A stretch of 62,967 nucleotides of DNA, filler included, from Globobulimina sp. (lineage: Eukaryota): assembly GCA_003354225.1 (NCBI GenBank). It is 31 parts of 31 records of this genome, joined end to end, with 100 filler letters (N's around TTAATTAATTAA, not from the genome) between each part and the next. Parts side by side here need not be neighbours in the genome. Positions count along the whole stretch, not along the records: positions 24,424 to 26,358 come from PIVH01010431.1; positions 26,459 to 28,393 come from PIVH01010432.1; positions 28,494 to 30,428 come from PIVH01010433.1; positions 30,529 to 32,463 come from PIVH01010434.1; positions 32,564 to 34,498 come from PIVH01010435.1; positions 34,599 to 36,532 come from PIVH01010436.1; 25 more parts are not named here. One strand, given 5' to 3'. The translations under genes and the position numbers were made by a program. The notes beneath the pieces were generated by a model. It was not told where the DNA came from. It saw only the letters and a program-made list of their open reading frames with translations, and ran no database searches. The number at the start of each line of letters is the position of its first letter. Within the stretch, counting starts at the first letter, position 1. Shown one piece after another: positions 24,424 through 36,632 of this stretch.

Positions 24424-25960
24424 CAATCTGCCATTCCCCAGACAGTTATTTATCAGTTAATGAATTTACAAAAAATTCTCAAAAATGTCAAAATATTGAC
24501 ATCTTATATTAGATTGACTCTTACTGAAAAACAAACTAAATTTGCTCAAGAACAACAAAGTTAAGTGTACTGATTATTGCTAATTGTTATTATTAATATT
24601 TATATTTATATATTTAGTGTTGGATTATTTGTATAAACAAAGATTATATGTATTACAATCTGAGGAAGAAGAAAATGCATTGAAACAAAAACGAAAATCA
24701 GACGAAGTTACCCAAAACAGATTGAGTGCGATTGGAAATATTCAAAAATCGGTCAAAGAAATGTTAAAACAACAAAACACCATAAAACAATTAACAATCA
24801 ATGATGTTGAAAACAAACTGATTCATCACAGAAAAATAAGTGAAATCGAGCATGAATCGTTGGATAATTCAGCAACATTAAACCAGTTAGAATCAGATAC
24901 CCGAAACGCATTAAGTTCAATGCATTTGCAACAGCAGATAAAGGCACAGCAATTAAAATTACAGAGATTACAACAACAATTTGACCAAAAAGAAAAACTA
25001 AAACAACAATCATTGGAACAAACATTGTTGGCAAAGGATAATTTATCAAAATTTAAATGTATTAAACAAAAACATTTATGGTCAACAATTTCAGAGTTAC
25101 AAAATAAATCCGATTTAGAACAATTAATTAAAAACAAGTTAAAATTGGAATCAATAATAAATGATAATCGAATCAAACAAATTGAAAACAAAAATGAATT
25201 TACGGATTCCATGAATCAGCAACTAAATATTACACAAAATATGATTGAAAAACAAAATAAATTACAAAATATTTGTAAAAAACAGGAAGATTTTGAAATT
25301 GATACAATGACAAACGAATATAATAAATTTGTACAAAATATTGAAACGAAAAAAGAAAAAATATTAGAAAATCATAAAAATGAATTATTAAACAAATTAA
25401 ATAGACAACAAATAAAATTAAACAAATTATGCAAACAACAGAGATTAAAACATTTTAAACATGTTTTAAAAGAACAAGAAAATACTATAAAATCGGATTT
25501 GAATTCAAAAGATAAACAACTCGAAGAAAGCATAAATTTGATACAGAAAGAAATTCAAAATTTACATGAAAAAGAAATAGAAATCGATTTAAGAGATAAA
25601 GAGATTTTGGAAAAAAAAGCATTTGAATGTATTGCCAAAGATGCTGAGGCCCAAATTGTCAATCAAGAAAAACAAAAATATTCAAATATTCGGCAGGAAA
25701 TGTTAAAAGAAATGAAAAAAAAAGAGCTGTGTTTGAAAGAAAGACATGAAAAGGCTATGAATAAATTGATGAAAGAAAGAGAAGAGGAGTTGTTATTAAT
25801 TGCGCAAAATGCTAAAAATAAAGTGTATGACAAAGAAATGAGTGAATTACAAAAAGAGTATGAAAATAAAAACAAAGAATTGGCAGAATTAAAAGAAAGT
25901 TTTAATGAAAAACAAAATAAGATCAGACATGAATTACTTCAACAATCAAATGATGAGTAG
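24424..25960 (+). CDS. Long coiled-coil protein, 5' partial, intron 24560-24617
   Basis: K/E/Q-rich heptad ORF; upstream exon joins in frame. Confidence 0.75.
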
Positions 25961-26458
25961 AGTGAGTGTAGAATATTTTGCTTGGTATTTAATTAATTTT
26001 AAACATTTTTGTAAAACAATATGAGAAATATTTGTGTACGATTTTCGAAAGGGTTCTGAATTTTTGGATTCTGTAGAGAAATATTTGGATTCTGAATAAT
26101 TGTAGAAATTGGAATAATTCTTGAAATCTTGAAAAACTGTGGTATTTTGTATTTTTAGTCTAAAAAGAGGGAAAAGATAATCCAGATTCCACAATTTTAG
26201 TAATTTCATTATGAGCAAATAGTGCCAAATACTGCAAATTTCCATAATTTCTAAAAAGTAATGATATATATTGCAAAAAAGATAATATCAACATAGGAAA
26301 AACCCAAATATTTCTTGTAATCCAAATATAATATTAATTACATAATTTTTATCACCAANNNNNNNNNNNNNNNNNNNNNNNNNNNNNNNNNNNNNNNNNN
26401 NNTTAATTAATTAANNNNNNNNNNNNNNNNNNNNNNNNNNNNNNNNNNNNNNNNNNNN

Positions 26459-26897
26459 TCAAATGCCAACGTGTTGGATTGCCCGCGCTGCGCGCCCCAA
26501 TTTCCAGAGATTGTATCTCGGAAAGTTGATATATTAAAGACGCCGAAAGTGTTATTAATACATATTGACCGTGAGGATGATAATGAGTTTGGATCGGATG
26601 CGAATACTAATAATTATGGCGGCTATTACGGTGCTTTGAAGAAAAGAGATAATTTAATAAAATATAAAGTGAATGGATTGAAATTTAAGAATGATGTGTA
26701 TGGCTTGTTTGGTGTGGTGGTGCATCATGGACATGGCACAGACTTTGGACATTATGTTGGTTTTGTGAGGAGTTTAGCAAATGAGAAATGTATAAAATGA
26801 ATGATTCCTCGTGTCTCAAATGCAGAGTAAACAACAACAACTCGTTTCAAATAATGCGTCGGTGTTATTATATAAGAAACAAAGTCAAAAAAAATAA
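26459..26897 (+). pseudogene. Ubiquitin-specific protease (USP) C-terminal His box, frameshifted
   Basis: PKVLLIHIDR, YGLFGVVVHHGHGTDFGHYVGFVR; the expected W-Y-K-M-N-D-S is out of frame (aaatgtataaaatgaatgat). Confidence 0.8.
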
Positions 26898-27099
26898 GAA
26901 TGAATGAATGTATTCGATAATTATAGCATTAAATAATACCACATGGAATTTCAGACAATTGTTGTATTGAATATATCTTGCAATGTTGTTCTGATTTATA
27001 TCGTTTTATTATTTCATATATGGCTAGAACTTCTTGAATTTAATTTGTGTATTTTCATTGGTGAAATTTGCTTACATTCTGTTAATTATTTATATTATA

Positions 27100-28073
27100 A
27101 CTTGTTTGTAAGGCTGTTTGTTAAAATCCAGGATTGTTTCATTCGTTTCTATCCTTGCACTCGACAGCCATATGTTTTCAGTTATTTAAATCAATTGCGT
27201 TTTTTTGTACTTCACAGCTCGCACTGACCACATCACGGAAGCAATGCTGTCAAAATCTAATCACAAATTCTGATGCATTCAACGCAACACAAACTTCAAC
27301 ACGCAAAGAAATTGTTGATTTAAGAAGAGTAATTATTGTGATTAATCTCAGTTCAACTCAATTTATGATAACATTTTGACAGATCCTTTTTTTATATTTC
27401 CTTCAAAATATAAGACGTCTTTTTATTGCACAATGTGAGGATGATATGAATGAATGGATTAATAATATACAAAATGTATTAAATAATAATAATAATAATA
27501 AATAATAATAATGTATTCACAGTTAATCAATATTTGATTTGATGAAAATATTTGTATGAAATATCCAAATAATTTAAATGATGAAATTGATTATATCGCA
27601 AAATGTGAAAATAATAACAAAGCAAATGATAACGATACAAATATGACTGACTGTAGTGATATTACAAAATGTGAGTCATTAAATGGAATGATTAAAGAAT
27701 TAAAATTGTATTCGAATTCAAAATGTAATGAGAATATAAAATATAAATATAATTATAAAGAAATAATAACTGATTTTCATTATATTACTTATTAGAATGT
27801 CATTTAACTGGCGATATTTTGAGTGTAATTGAAATAAATAAAGCATTTAAATATATTATGAGAGAATGGAAAGAAAGTGATATAAATAAATGTAAAATAT
27901 ATGTTCGAAATAACAGACAGATAGAGAATGGGAAATGTGTTGTAAATGAGAAATATATCAATTTAATGGATGTAATTCATTCCTATTTTATCCATTCAGT
28001 TGACATTGGATTTAATATTGTAAACGATATAAATATAAAGAATGAGAATAATATTTATTATAATAAACAATAA
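27100..28073 (+). pseudogene. Degenerate PH domain followed by a frameshifted repeated-family domain
   Basis: KEIVDL...FIAQCEDDMNEWINNIQNVL (PH C-terminal helix) with stops; ORFs 27556-27795 and 27819-28073 are separated by a frameshift. Confidence 0.55.
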
Positions 28074-28493
28074 GAAATATATTAAGAAATTATCCCCTTG
28101 ATGAGATATACGTAGTATATACTCAAGGGTTTATAGAGAAGATCAATCATTTTTAATTAATTAATTAAAAATTTCACTTTTACCTTTAGGTATCCGAAAA
28201 ATTATCTAAGTATTCTTCAGACATTTGATAGATTTTCATGTTTGTAAGCCAATAACTCTTGTTCTATTGTGTCTTAATGGCTATAATTTTGTATTTATGC
28301 ATTTAACCATTTTTTGTACATACTGTCCAAATTTAAAATTTTTTGGTGAAAAAATTCCTAAAGAGAGTTACTTAAGGAATGAGATCTGAGATCNNNNNNN
28401 NNNNNNNNNNNNNNNNNNNNNNNNNNNNNNNNNNNNNTTAATTAATTAANNNNNNNNNNNNNNNNNNNNNNNNNNNNNNNNNNNNNNNNNNNN

Positions 28494-29737
28494 TTATCCC
28501 CACAAACCGTATCAAACCGTTATCGATGGCACTCCCTACGATAATGCACAAAAAGCCTGAAACAACAAATAAGCCATAAACGACAGTTTTGTACTTTATC
28601 CAAAAAGCGTTTTTATCCTTAATTCCAAATATATCGATTAAACAAAACAGCCGTAAAAATGCATTTTTATTTTTTCCCGATCTGTCATCATCGGTTTGTT
28701 TATCCAAAACTTCGTTATATACGTAAAATGTGGCAATGCGGCCATACACTGCAGCGGCGACTGTCAGGCAAAAATATAAAACTAACCAACATGTCATTGC
28801 TAATAATATATAACGCAAAAATAATTGACACCAAAAAGAATCTCTTAATTGTGAGGTTTCCCCGAAGTCTGTCTGTTGAATTTAGAACAATTATATTTAT
28901 AATAATGTTATGTATACACAAAATATGTGTTATCTTAACTTCAAAACTTGCAAAACTTGGTAGAGCTAAAATGGTGGCAATAACGCTGCAAATTATTATT
29001 GATAATCTCCAGTGAACAGCCATAAAATACTCACTTGTAAACCCTTTTAAATTGGTTTTGAATGTCGTTACTTTGGAGTCTGTGATATTCTCGTTGCCAT
29101 TGTCATGGATATCGTCGTCATCATCTTTATGTGCGTACTGTTTTAATTTCAAATGATGCTGTTGATAGGCGATATTATCCGCGATATTATCAACATTTAT
29201 TGACCAAGATGCCATCATACCGTATATTAAAAATCTTATGAATGAAACATTGACAAACCATAAAAATGGTAAAATAAGTAATGCCAGCAACGATCCATTC
29301 ATATAATTCACAATGCAAACCACAAAATATTCGTACAATAGATTTAATATAAATGAAAGATATAATATTAATATGATACAACAACATACAGATATCAATA
29401 TTCTTAATATATTTCGAAGTAAAGATAACTGTGTCCATAATTTAGTATATATCATTTTATTTTCTTCTTCTAATGTAATTGTATCTAAATTGGCATAAGC
29501 ATCGGTGTTATGCGATAACACTGCTCGTAGATATAATTTCGATTCAGACCATTTGCTTCGCGACGTTTTTTCATCACATTTGGCTTTTAGATAACTCAAT
29601 GAGAATGTCGTAAATTTCGATGCATAAATGATATGCACAATTGTTATTACGATCAGAAACATAGTGTCCAGCCATACTGGCGGTGCTTCGCGCTGTTGAA
29701 AATTGGTAATTTGGTATAACTCTTCAGCGAGAGACAT
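28494..29737 (-). CDS. Multi-pass membrane protein, 3' partial, intron 28873-28939
   Basis: The GT-AG intron (ASFE|TDFG) joins ORFs 28715-29824 and 28438-28818; many TM helices; likely start MSLAEE. Confidence 0.7.
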
Positions 29738-29920
29738 TCTGTTACTAACAGTATAAACGTTGAAAATACCAGAGAGACATTCTGTTACTAACAGCGAGAG
29801 ACATTCTGTTTGACAAAATACCACGTCACATCAGAAATATATAAATAACACTCAAAACAGTCAAACCAAAACAACAGCACAAAAGGACAAAAAAATATTT
29901 AATAATATACATGTATATTT

Positions 29921-30428
29921 TTAGCAACAACATTGCCATACTTCATATTGCTTCACCTTAAAGTTCTTTTTTCCTCCATTCAAATGATATCCACCAGGAT
30001 GATCATACGAAGTCTCATCATTAACTTCACCATGTCTTGGATGTAAATCACAATCTGATTCCACATAAATTGCACCACTGCTTCCAAAAATACATAAACA
30101 ATCTTCATATTCTTGAACCGCATTACTTATATCACTTTCTTTGATTGGATATATATTTGGTGCATGATTTGTTGACGACCGAAGTAACACTAAAAATGCA
30201 TTTTCATCTTCAGCCCATTCACCTGACTCAACACTGCCCCATTCATATTCCGTATATCCACCAAATACATTATTAGTACTGGTTTGGATCAATGTTAATG
30301 TTTTACTGCGTCCTTTAACTATTTCTGATTGTTCATCCCAATTAAATGTATCTCGCGAACCTCGATATATCAATTCAAATTGATTTACATCTCCAATGTC
30401 TTTATCGTGCGTTTTCAGCAACTTTTTT
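29921..30428 (-). CDS. TLDc domain protein, 5' partial
   Basis: LIYRGSRD...TLTLIQT..NNVFGGYT..W...DENAFL...YLNGGKKNFKVKQYEVW-type motifs. Confidence 0.92.
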
Positions 30429-30528
30429 NNNNNNNNNNNNNNNNNNNNNNNNNNNNNNNNNNNNNNNNNNNNTTAATTAATTAANNNNNNNNNNNNNNNN
30501 NNNNNNNNNNNNNNNNNNNNNNNNNNNN

Positions 30529-32463
30529 TGGAATTCGTGGCTTGCCAACGCCGGCAACAACATGACAATTAACAACAGTCCGAGCTTAGAGATGTACGAT
30601 GGCAAAGATTTTGGTTTACATAAAGCCAAAGTAAATTACAGAGTGGCATCGCTCAACATTGATTGGAAAGGTATCGGTGAATGGATACAGACGCTACAGA
30701 GTGGTCTCAACAGCTCTGAAATATTCGACGCATATAAAAAAGCGATATTACAACCAAACCAATTGATCGCTGAAATTAATCAATCACAGAGCAACCGCAA
30801 CGTGGCAGAGAATAAAGAAGACACTGAATCAAAGAATGAGGCAGAAAATGACACGTCACCTCCGACACATTCAACAACTCACGACATTGACATGTCTGAA
30901 TGGAGCAAAAATTTAGAACATTTAGGCGGTGAAATGCCTGACAGCAACGCCGGGCGAAAACCAGCACCGTCATTCTTACAAAAAATGAATGAGAAACACA
31001 GACAAAAAGAGTTGGAAATATCGATCAGAAAGAAGAAAATCGAGGATTTACAAAAGAATATTGACAATGCAGCACAAGAACATTGCACAAATTTGATAGA
31101 AAATGCAGGTTCGATCGAAAATAAGGTGCGAAGACACGTTGGCGGCGCAAACAAAGCCGCTCTAGCTCCCGGTTTAGACTTCTTTCATCCGGGTATTATC
31201 AACAAATCCGACCAAATCAGAGCTGAAGAGATCGTCAAAAAATACAGCGGCGGTCAAATAAAAGAGAAAGACGTACATCAATATATGATGAACAGTATGT
31301 TTCTTTACGTTTCAGTTTGTATGTTTTTGTCTGCATGTTACGGACTTAGTTGTTTGTTAATTTCTGAACCTTTACACATCATTTCTCTCTTTTTTATGTT
31401 CTCTTTTATCTCACGTAGTATCACTGCACAGTCAGTCTAAGTTCACCCTCAAAGTGCTACATTGTTAACAGTATACAATGATGATTAGCACTGTACGTAC
31501 AAACATATCTCACCACATCTCACTTTTATTCATATTCCATCACAGATATGTATGATTTTGAGAATTATAAAAAAGAAATGGCAGCACTTGACCATGAAAT
31601 GAACGGTGAGTTATCAAAAAGTAAAAAATTGAGTGCAAGGCTACATTTTTATGAGTTTTGCACGGAGGGCGGAGGTGACGTCATCCACATTTTACGTTAT
31701 TTAGCAATGATTGGTGAATTAAATTGGAGCAAAAATCATTTTAACATCGATGCATGCATTACGTCATTTATTAAATCCAAAACTGCAGCATTTCAATTCG
31801 TCCGAATGATTGCAGACGCACTAAATACATTATCTGACGTACATAAAAAAGAAGGTAATACAGTGCAATCCCTCGAAATTAGCATTTATTTATACATTCA
31901 AGCCTTACAATGGCGTGAATTGGGCAAATTTATTGATAACAACCTTCGAAATTACCTTCAAAATGAAGAAGGATTGCAAGCGATGAACTATTTATTAATT
32001 CAACGCAGAACGAGATTCAACACCGATGGCAAGAAAGCATTGGAAGCAGTAAATAACAGATTATTCCTCAATTCGTGGAAAATGGACATTATGGCAAAAG
32101 AACATGAAAATAAAATTGAAACACGTGGTTTTAATATCGCTTTAAACAAAATTAAAACCACGAAGACAGTGCCAAAGCCCAAAGCAACGCCGACAGCATA
32201 TGTTCATCCTCAAAACACCGACAATTATTATCCTTACCGTGGCCACGGCAGAGGCAGAGGTCGAGGAAGAGGCAGAGGTCGAGGCAGAGGCAGAGGACGT
32301 GGACGTGGCCGTGGCAGAGGCCGTGGAAGAGATTTTCACCAAAATTACAATCAAGGATTTGACTATAATCAATATACCTACCGACAACCACAATTCCCCC
32401 AGCAACCGCACCATTTTCCTCCACCACCTCACAACAATTTTCCTCCAAGGCCCTACAGTGCAT
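30529..32463 (+). CDS. Hypothetical protein with RG-repeat tail, partial, intron 31295-31545
   Basis: Both exons are open and splice in frame (MMN|NMYDF); about 15 GR dipeptides followed by a Q/P/H-rich tail. Confidence 0.7.
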
Positions 32464-32563
32464 NNNNNNNNNNNNNNNNNNNNNNNNNNNNNNNNNNNNN
32501 NNNNNNNTTAATTAATTAANNNNNNNNNNNNNNNNNNNNNNNNNNNNNNNNNNNNNNNNNNNN

Positions 32564-33214
32564 ACCATTCCTTTGCTGATAAACATCATCCATGGCACTT
32601 TCCATTGTGTCCTCCATTTGTTTATAATGCCTTGAGAGCGCATTAAAGCCACCAGGAATGGACTCGATTTTTCTAAGTGACTGGTCATTATTTTTTCGGA
32701 GTTCATTGGCATAATCTTTGTTTGTGGCAGCTTTCATTATTTGTTTCAGCAAAGCTGGATCTTTCAACGCATGCCGCATTTCAGGATTACGTTCCACAAT
32801 TTTTTGTAAGACAGGCGACGAATTAAACATATTCTGTAACATAGCGGGATCATTAAACATCTGTTGCACCAAAGGACTGTCCATTACTTGTTTTAAGAAC
32901 TGAGGGTTTTGCATCGACATTGGATTCGCATTGTTATTATGATTTACTTCTTCCTTTTTCTCTTCTAAGGGTTGAGCTAAATTGCTATCTTTCTTTAATA
33001 GAACGTATAGCTTGGAATTGTTTGTAATGTTTAGTGATTGTAATGTTTCGTCATTGTCACATACTTTGCCTTTAAATAGAAACGTTTGTTTTTCTGGTGT
33101 TGTGTTTAAGTCTTCGCAACAAATTGCTTTCAAATCATAAATTGTGAGGTCAGGATCAGCGTTTGTTTCCACAGTGACACCATTTGTTGCTTTTATTTTT
33201 AAAGATAATGACAT
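32564..33214 (-). CDS. Ubiquilin/DSK2 family protein, 3' partial
   Basis: N-terminal UBL domain (FLFKGKV..NDETL), STI1 repeats (NPEMRHALKDP) and IESIPGGFNAL. Confidence 0.92.
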
Positions 33215-33367
33215 TGTATCGACGATTGAGTACGGGAATACAAAATAATTGTTTATAAAATAATTATAAATAGAATCATAATTGGTTAGATGTAGCTGAC
33301 TCATTCATATCCGTTAATAAAGATTTTCAAGCTGATTGCCAATAATCTAACTCCGTAGCCAGTCTCA

Positions 33368-34498
33368 ATGGCATTTTCTACTGTATTGAAGGAGCCACCG
33401 TTATTATACGATAACACGAACTCTCTTGGCTCACAAACAAATTCTGCAAATAGCGCCAGCGCCACATTCCGTTAAGAAACAACCCTTTAAAACCGTAGCA
33501 GATATATAGACAAACACACATATATACGTTATCACAGCATCAATGCGTGAATTTGCAATGTTAACGACAACAACCACTAGCACTCCAACTCGTAAATTAT
33601 TCCAATCATTCTCTACAACTGCGGATGATATGAATTGTAAGGCAGTAAAATTTGATTATAGAATGAATGATGAAACTTCAAAATCATTCGGAGCCAAAGT
33701 CTCCAATAACTCGGATGGAATACATTGCAATGTTTTTAATTGGAAATCGCAGATTAGAATCTGTCCAAATACGGTGTGTAATAAATGTCGTTGCAAACAG
33801 ATATTAAAACAGAATGTGGAAGCACAGAAAATATGGTCTGAATCTTATCGAATGAATGTTTCTAATGTTAATCCTAAATATGATAACAGAAAAATTGAAA
33901 TTGTATTTTTTGATGGTGTTTTTGCTAAATTATTAGAGTACTTTCAATCTAATGTTGATTCGCATCGAATGCCACAAAAATATGAAATATGTGAATCAAT
34001 AAAATATTTTGGAGGATTTGCAATCAATAAAAGTAATGATATCGTCATTGATAGATGTCATTTTGTCGTATTTTGGAGATGGTATCGAGGCATAACAGAT
34101 ATAATTAAAGATATTTATAATTTGTACGACTCAAAATTTCCGTTTAGATTGGATTTGTTTATCAACAGACAAGAATGTCAAAGTATTCTTGAAGCAGCAC
34201 CAGCCGGTATGTTGTTGTGTTGTTTTGTTTTATAACATCGGTTTATGTTTGTTGTTTACAGGAACGTTTGTTTTAAGATTGTCCCAATCTCAAATGAATG
34301 GCCTTGTTTTATCGTATTCGGAACCAACATTCAATCGAAATATAACTATTAAACATCTTTTATTAATAAGACAATCACAGCAGAATTATATCACAAAAAC
34401 AAATCAAAATTCGAGTCAATCGTCATCAATAAATAAATTAATAAGAAATTTTATAAAATTAAAATTTGTTTACACTCCAAATCGCATTTATAAAAAAA
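33368..34498 (+). CDS. STAT-type linker-SH2 domain protein, introns 33471-33537 and 34207-34261
   Basis: FWRWYRGI.DII.....LY.......FINRQECQSILEAAPA|GTFVLRLSQS...LVLSY...IKHLLL. Head-to-head with ubiquilin, 153 bp between the start codons. Confidence 0.82.
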
Positions 34499-34600
34499 NN
34501 NNNNNNNNNNNNNNNNNNNNNNNNNNNNNNNNNNNNNNNNNNTTAATTAATTAANNNNNNNNNNNNNNNNNNNNNNNNNNNNNNNNNNNNNNNNNNNNAG

Positions 34601-35587
34601 ACCGATCCGCGACGATTTACAATTAAGTTGTTGCGCGTTTGTAAAAACTGGAGGTTATGTTGCCTTTGTAATGATGAATTTTGGTTCCCTGTGATACAAT
34701 TTATACTGCGAGGCGGTAAAAAACGTGGTATGACGTGGAAAAAATTAATGACTGTACCGCATACATATTTAGATGCATTTTGTAGATGGTACAATGTGGA
34801 CAGTATGACAGCGCAAGAAAGTGAGCAATATAAAAATATATTGACACAAAGTTATGGTGATAGTGACAGTGATAGTGATTATGGCGTTGATTTCGGTGAA
34901 GGATATCCTCAATTGGCTCAAACCAATATATTTTTAACCATCCAATGTCTGAAATATTGCAGGAACACTTCCAGTCTCTATTTCTCAGGAATGCTATGCG
35001 ATGATTTGTTTTATGCGGTTGGTAAATATTGTAACGATTTGCGCAGTTTGTCTGTGCCATATATACAGAGTGGGAATTGTGTGTGGTTTCTGCATTTAGT
35101 GTCGGCTGAGAGTAAATGTATGGATACATTGTTTGAGATTAATTTAGAACGATCCTATTGGTGCAATGATGAAGCTTTGCTGTATTTGGGCAAATTAAGG
35201 AACTTACAATCAATCGAAATGGATCGGTTATATGATATAAGTGGCAGAGGTTTGCAGTATTTGTTTGAAAGCGAGGATGGTGAAGTTCGAGGGAAAGAAA
35301 TGAGAAATATTTATTTGACGCGCGGCATGGAATATTATGATGAAACTGTTGATTTTATGAAATTAATGATTAAAAATGGCAGTAAAATGATTCAATTTGA
35401 TTTCAGTGAATGTAAAGGATTTAATGATGATATGTTGCTATTGTTGCATGATCAAAATGCATTGCCAGATTTGAGAGCAATAAGTATTCGCTATACTGGC
35501 TGTTCAACAAAAGCGGTCAGGAAATTACAAGCTAAAAGACCTAGTCTTCAGATTGATTTTGAAGAACGTGAAAATTCGGACTATTGA
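34601..35587 (+). CDS. F-box/LRR protein, 5' partial
   Basis: F-box tail LLRVCKNWR; cysteine-containing LRRs (CNDLRSLSV, LRNLQSIEM, ISGRGL, FSECKGFND). Confidence 0.82.
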   Translation, partial: TDPRRFTIKLLRVCKNWRLCCLCNDEFWFPVIQFILRGGKKRGMTWKKLMTVPHTYLDAFCRWYNVDSMTAQESEQYKNILTQSYGDSDSDSDYGVDFGEGYPQLAQTNIFLTIQCLKYCRNTSSLYFSGMLCDDLFYAVGKYCNDLRSLSVPYIQSGNCVWFLHLVSAESKCMDTLFEINLERSYWCNDEALLYLGKLRNLQSIEMDRLYDISGRGLQYLFESEDGEVRGKEMRNIYLTRGMEYYDETVDFMKLMIKNGSKMIQFDFSECKGFNDDMLLLLHDQNALPDLRAISIRYTGCSTKAVRKLQAKRPSLQIDFEERENSDY

Positions 35588-35605
35588 TTGACAACTTATG
35601 ACAAG

Positions 35606-36532
35606 TTATAACTTAGCCTTATAATTAAGTTCAATTCTAGCAACAACACGATGATGGACAGCATCAGGCCCATCACCAATCCTTAAACAACGACATAACA
35701 CATAAAAATACGGTAAATCCGTATCTTGTGAAACACCAATAGCACCATAAATTTGTATAGCTTTATCAATCACATTACAACACGCGTTACAAACTGCATT
35801 TTTTATCATCGATATATATTGCCTCGTATTGGAATTTTTTATGCCATATTTATCCATCAGACACGCAGTTTGAAAGATTAATAACCGTACTTTTTCAATA
35901 TCTATTCTTGAATTTGCAATATCATTTTGTATGCTTGTAAAAGAAGATAACGATTCACCGAAAGCAAAGCGTGACAATGCTCGATTTTTCATTAAAGCCA
36001 ATGCTTTTTCGCTCATTCCAATAAATCTCATACAGTGATGGACTCTGGCCGGCGATAAACGAACTTGCGCGATCTCAAAACCTGCGCCTTCTTCACCCAA
36101 CAAACTATCTGTCACAGACACACGAACATTATCAAATATTATCTCACAATGTCCCTCTTCATAACCAAAGCAATTTAGCTGACGAACAATTCTTACGCCC
36201 ACACAATCCATTGGTATGATGAGCATCGTTTGTTTTTTATCATTGATTCTGCCCATTAATATTGAAAATGCACAATTTGGATGAATAGCACCCGTTGTCC
36301 ACCATTTACGACCATTGATAATGTAATATTTGTTATCACTGCTTTTCACAATGGAACATTTAATATTTTTAGCATCTGACGATGCAATATCTGGCTCAGT
36401 CATTGCATAACAAGATGATATTTTCCCTGCTAACAATTGTTGTAAATATTGTTCTTTTTGTTTGTTGGTTGCATATTTACGTAAAATGTAAACATTTGGC
36501 GCATCACAATTGGTTGCAACAGGGGCTAATAA
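35606..36532 (-). CDS. Acyl-CoA dehydrogenase (ACAD10/11-like), 5' partial, C-terminal AKL
   Basis: CYAMTEPDIASSDA, INGRKWWTTGA, GFEIAQVRL, AIQIYGAIGVSQD, RIGDGPD; AKL* is PTS1-like. Confidence 0.92.
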   Translation of the reverse strand, partial: LLAPVATNCDAPNVYILRKYATNKQKEQYLQQLLAGKISSCYAMTEPDIASSDAKNIKCSIVKSSDNKYYIINGRKWWTTGAIHPNCAFSILMGRINDKKQTMLIIPMDCVGVRIVRQLNCFGYEEGHCEIIFDNVRVSVTDSLLGEEGAGFEIAQVRLSPARVHHCMRFIGMSEKALALMKNRALSRFAFGESLSSFTSIQNDIANSRIDIEKVRLLIFQTACLMDKYGIKNSNTRQYISMIKNAVCNACCNVIDKAIQIYGAIGVSQDTDLPYFYVLCRCLRIGDGPDAVHHRVVARIELNYKAKL

Positions 36533-36632
36533 NNNNNNNNNNNNNNNNNNNNNNNNNNNNNNNNNNNNNNNNNNNNTTAATTAATTAANNNNNNNNNNNN
36601 NNNNNNNNNNNNNNNNNNNNNNNNNNNNNNNN

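Noticed and set aside
28095-28130. Small hairpin cccttga...tcaaggg
   Set aside because: Short and imperfect, with no supporting context.
28715-28940. Frameshift between overlapping ORFs 28715-29824 and 28438-28818
   Set aside because: Fully explained by the GT-AG intron 28873-28939.
32142-32511. Alternative-frame and antisense ORFs over low-complexity coding regions (also 24826-25212, 49942-50364, 59378-60045)
   Set aside because: These are shadows of repetitive codons in the real genes.
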